Source: Chloroflexota bacterium
Lineage (GTDB): Bacteria; Chloroflexota; UBA6077; JACCZL01
DNA length: 64,000 bases
NCBI GenBank assembly: GCA_046328125.1
Contig: JAXLXF010000004.1
Location: 118,280-182,279, forward strand
Reading direction: 5' to 3'
Part shown: positions 61,042 to 64,000 of the stretch, one piece after another
How positions within the stretch are numbered: the first letter of the stretch is position 1
Layout: every line of letters starts with the position of its first letter
The notes under the pieces: generated by a model
What the model was told of the DNA's origin: nothing
The model's database searches: none
What the model saw: the letters and a program-made list of their open reading frames with translations, nothing else
Program-made: the position numbers and the translations under genes

Positions 61042-62355
61042 ATGTGGCGGCCACGCGTCGGGCGGCGGCTGCTGCTGGCGACGAGCGCCTTGCTCTGGCT
61101 CGCCGCTATCTCGGTGGCCATCGCCGTCGGCGTCTGGCTGCTCTGGCCCCGCCCGACCCTCGCCTCCGTCCGCTCGATGCCGCCGCTGCCGGCCGGCTGG
61201 CCGAGCACCCTCCAGCTCGGCACCTTCAACGGCCCCGACGACGCTGCCGCTCTCAAGGCGACCGCGCCGTTCGGGTTTCGGTACCAGTACCTGGCCGGCG
61301 GCGTGAACACCGGCAACGGCTGGGCCACCTGGAAGCCAGACGGCGCGTTCGTCACCAACTACATTCACGACTCGGTTAGCCGCCAGATCACGCCGGTCTT
61401 CACCTACTACATGCTGACCCAGTCCGCGCCCGGCCTGGGCAACGGCCCGAGCGAGCCGCAAGCCGTCCAGGCCAACGTTTCCAACCCCGAGACGATGCGA
61501 GCGTACTACCAGGATCTGCGCCTGTTCTTCCAGCGGGCTGGATCGTTCAAGGACAGCCCGGTCGTGCTGCACGTCGAGCCGGACCTCTGGGGCTTCTTGC
61601 ACCAGCGCGGCAAGACCGACGACGCGACGAAGATCTCGGTCATGGTCGGCTCGACCGGCCTGCCGGAGCTGGCCGACCTGCCGGACACCGTGGCGGGCTT
61701 CGCCCAGGCCATCGTCCGCCTCCGCGACCGTGGCGCCCCGAACGTCATCCTGGGCTACCACGTCAGCAGCTGGGGCACCGGCACCGACCTGTTCGTCTCG
61801 AACGCCACCGACGCCACCGTCGACGACGCGGCGATACGCGAGGCCGCCTTCTACCGCTCCCTCGACGCCCGCTTCGACGTCACCTTTGCCGAGCTCAGCG
61901 ACCGCGACGCCGCCTTCAAGCAGTTCGTCTACAAGGACAAGGGCCGGTCCTGGTGGGACGGCGACGACTTCACCCGCCACGTCCGGTTCCTCTCGCGGTT
62001 CGTGGACCTGACCGGGCAGCGGATCGTGCTGTGGCAGATCCCGTTCGGGAACACTCGGATGCGGGCCATGAACAACACCTGGAACCACTTCCAGGACACC
62101 CGCGTCGAGTGGCTGCTGGACGACCCGTCAGGCGAGCACCTGCGCCAGTACCTCCAGGCCGGCGCGATCGCGCTGCTGTTCGGGCGCGGCGCGGACGGCG
62201 CGACCAACGCCGGCGACTCGGCCGGCGACGGCGTCACCGACCCGGCACCGATCAACGGCAACGACCGCCCGTCATTGAATGCCGACGACGACGGCGGCTA
62301 CTTCAAGGAGCGCGCGGCGGCCTACTACCAGGGCGGGGCGCTCACCTTACCTTGA
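61042..62355 (+). CDS. hypothetical membrane-anchored protein, possibly glycoside-hydrolase-like
   Basis: It has an N-terminal TM helix (LLLATSALLWLAAISVAIAVGVWLLW). VLHVEPDLWGF, GYHVSSWG and LWQIPFGNTRM are reminiscent of polysaccharide hydrolases. It is adjacent to a GT4 gene. The track ORF starts at GTG 60973, inside a direct repeat. Confidence 0.55.
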   Translation: MWRPRVGRRLLLATSALLWLAAISVAIAVGVWLLWPRPTLASVRSMPPLPAGWPSTLQLGTFNGPDDAAALKATAPFGFRYQYLAGGVNTGNGWATWKPDGAFVTNYIHDSVSRQITPVFTYYMLTQSAPGLGNGPSEPQAVQANVSNPETMRAYYQDLRLFFQRAGSFKDSPVVLHVEPDLWGFLHQRGKTDDATKISVMVGSTGLPELADLPDTVAGFAQAIVRLRDRGAPNVILGYHVSSWGTGTDLFVSNATDATVDDAAIREAAFYRSLDARFDVTFAELSDRDAAFKQFVYKDKGRSWWDGDDFTRHVRFLSRFVDLTGQRIVLWQIPFGNTRMRAMNNTWNHFQDTRVEWLLDDPSGEHLRQYLQAGAIALLFGRGADGATNAGDSAGDGVTDPAPINGNDRPSLNADDDGGYFKERAAAYYQGGALTLP

Positions 62356-62540
62356 CCCGACGGCCGCTGACCGTGGGCAGATCAGGAAGAAGCCTGAAGC
62401 AACCGTTTCTCATACCGATTCGGCTGGACGGTGGCGGGCATCCTCACCGCGAGCGTGAGCGAGTCGGACCTTCGTTCGCCGCCATCCTGCCTCGGAATCG
62501 GTATCAGGCACTTCTCAGCCGTCCGCATCCCCGCCCGACG

Positions 62541-62831
62541 CTAACGGACCCGATTGTATTCGTAGTCCTCGCGCGCTCCACCTTCCGCGCGCAGGCCGGG
62601 TGGCAGCGGCGCCCGGGTCTTGTTCGCTTCTGCGTGGACGGCCAGGGCAGCCTGATCGGTCCACAGCTCCAACAGCGTGAGCTTGTCAGGGTCCAGGGCG
62701 CTCTGGAACACCTCGAACTGCTCGCAGCCTGGCTCCCGCATCACCTCAACGCAGCGCTCTCGCATCGCCTGCGCGAGCTCAGATCCCTTGCCGGGAGCGG
62801 CGCTGATGGTCACGACGAGTCGAACTGACAT
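62541..62831 (-). CDS. ABM-domain (antibiotic biosynthesis monooxygenase-like) protein
   Basis: MSVRLVVTISAAPGKGSELAQAM...EPGCEQFEVFQS..DPDKLTLLELWTDQAALAVH is typical of ABM proteins. GGAGGGA lies upstream of the ATG at 62831. Confidence 0.8.
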   Translation of the reverse strand: MSVRLVVTISAAPGKGSELAQAMRERCVEVMREPGCEQFEVFQSALDPDKLTLLELWTDQAALAVHAEANKTRAPLPPGLRAEGGAREDYEYNRVR

Positions 62832-62870
62832 CTCATTCCCTCCGAGGACAAGCACCCATGCGGCCCCGTA

Positions 62871-62940
62871 CTGACGACATTCCGCACCCGAGAGCAGGCT
62901 AGATCCTGACGACGGTCCGTACCCGAGAGCAGGCTAGCAC
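62871..62940. repeat. 35-bp tandem direct repeat (2 units) upstream of the ABM gene
   Basis: Unit 1 is ctgacgacattccgcacccgagagcaggctagatc (62871-62905). Unit 2 is ctgacgacggtccgtacccgagagcaggctagcac (62906-62940). They match at 30 of 35 positions. Confidence 0.85.
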
Positions 62941-62962
62941 AGGCTAGCGGGAACCTGCTCGT

Positions 62963-63820
62963 TCAGGCCCGAGTCGGCGGGTTGCCGCGCTCCATGATGC
63001 TCTCGAACCGGGCACGCAGCATGGCGTCATACTCGGTGTGCGGCAGGATGTAGAACCGCTTCTCGCGGATCGCCTGGAGGACCGCTTCGGCCATCTCGGC
63101 CGGCGGCACCCCGCCCACCACCAGCGCGGTCAGCCGCTCGATGTAGCGCGTGCCCTCCGGCCGATGCCCGCTGATCTCGGCCGCCGCGTCGTTCTCCAGC
63201 CGGCCCGGCCGGTTCCGCCCGGCTTCCATGATCTTGGTGCTGACCGGGCCAGGGCAGAGCACCGAGACGCCGATCCGCGAGCCGATCGCCTCCATCTCGC
63301 GGTACAGCGACTCGGTGAGCGCCAACACCCCGAATTTCGAGACGTCGTAGCTCGTCTTGAAGCCGCTCGTGATGAGGCCAGCCGCCGAGGCGGTGTTGAC
63401 GATGTGGCCGTCGTCGCCGCCGTCCAGCATCCTCGGCACAAAGGCGCGCACGCCGTGGATCACGCCCCACAGGTTGACGCCCAGCACCCACTCCCAGTCC
63501 TCGGGCGTCTCCTCCCAGGACGGCTTGCCGCCGGCCGCCACCACGCCGGCGTTGTTGCAGACCACGTGCGCCGCGCCGAACGTCGCGTAGGTGCGCTCGG
63601 CCAGCGCTTCGATCTGCTCCGGCTGGAGCACGTCCAGCTGGACCGACAGCACCTCGGCGCCCCGACTGCTGAGCGTCGCCTCGGTCCGGGCCAGCGCCTC
63701 GGCCTCCACGTCCGCCACAACCAGCTTCATGCCCTCGGCCGCGAATCGCTCGGCCAGCGCCCGTCCGATGCCGCTGCCCGCCCCCGTCACGACGGCCACC
63801 TTGCCCGTGAGATCCTGCAT
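62963..63820 (-). CDS. SDR-family oxidoreductase
   Basis: Starting at MQDLTGKVAVVTGAGSGIGRA (TGxxxGxG), with NNAG and YDVSKFG (YxxxK). GGAGGAAGGGGG lies upstream of the ATG at 63820. Confidence 0.9.
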   Translation of the reverse strand: MQDLTGKVAVVTGAGSGIGRALAERFAAEGMKLVVADVEAEALARTEATLSSRGAEVLSVQLDVLQPEQIEALAERTYATFGAAHVVCNNAGVVAAGGKPSWEETPEDWEWVLGVNLWGVIHGVRAFVPRMLDGGDDGHIVNTASAAGLITSGFKTSYDVSKFGVLALTESLYREMEAIGSRIGVSVLCPGPVSTKIMEAGRNRPGRLENDAAAEISGHRPEGTRYIERLTALVVGGVPPAEMAEAVLQAIREKRFYILPHTEYDAMLRARFESIMERGNPPTRA

Positions 63821-64000
63821 CGCGCGCCCCCTTCCTCCGCCGACATCGTACCCGCTCGCCATCCCGACGTCGGGGCAAGAGGCGCGGCGGCGCGGCATGT
63901 CGCGGCAACGGTCAGTCGCCGGGCGCCGCTGCCCCGCCCGCCTCCGTGCGCCACGGAGTACCAACAGGGTAGATCTTGACGTGCTTGCTCATCTCTTCGG

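Overview
This is a very G+C-rich bacterial chromosomal segment, about two thirds G+C by eye. It carries roughly 50 protein-coding genes on both strands. I recognised no rRNA, tRNA or CRISPR array. The gene content and repeat families point to a Chloroflexota- or Actinomycetota-like organism, but that is inference only. The evidence for it is two Uma2/DUF820 genes, a MocR-type pdxR divergent from pdxS-pdxT, DUF2382 stress proteins and several REP-like palindromic repeat families. Most of the window is ordinary metabolic and transport content: glycoside hydrolases, a Hanks-type kinase, yajQ, a hydantoinase, ABC transporters, an SBP-permease-LLM oxidoreductase-CoA transferase operon, comM, an FMN reductase plus FAD monooxygenase pair, rhaM and an FHA-LCP protein.

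Five things deserve a second look.
1. A tightly coupled two-gene module at 51501-55448 encodes two Arch_ATPase/STAND-like NTPases. One is fused to N-terminal TPRs and a restriction-endonuclease-like domain. The other is fused to a class III nucleotidyl cyclase domain whose catalytic Asn/Arg appear substituted. This is my best candidate for an undescribed signalling or defence system.
2. Two near-identical composite palindromic repeats lie 45 kb apart. Each carries the same 87-nt insert, with a predicted pseudoknot, at the same position of a REP-like unit.
3. A lower-GC islet at 24.1-28.8 kb encodes a 980-aa MerR-like/GAF-like/degenerate-GGDEF-like/TPR protein.
4. Two paralogous Uma2 genes with an identical 23-nt leader bracket a 4.8-kb segment that includes a giant TyrDC-like decarboxylase.
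5. There are several decay scars: an internally deleted serine recombinase next to a 5'-truncated carbonic anhydrase, a frameshifted IS630 element, a receiver-domain stub, and a HepT stub beside an intact MntA.

All family calls come from motif recognition by eye. No database search was run. Start codons are best guesses based on Shine-Dalgarno spacing.
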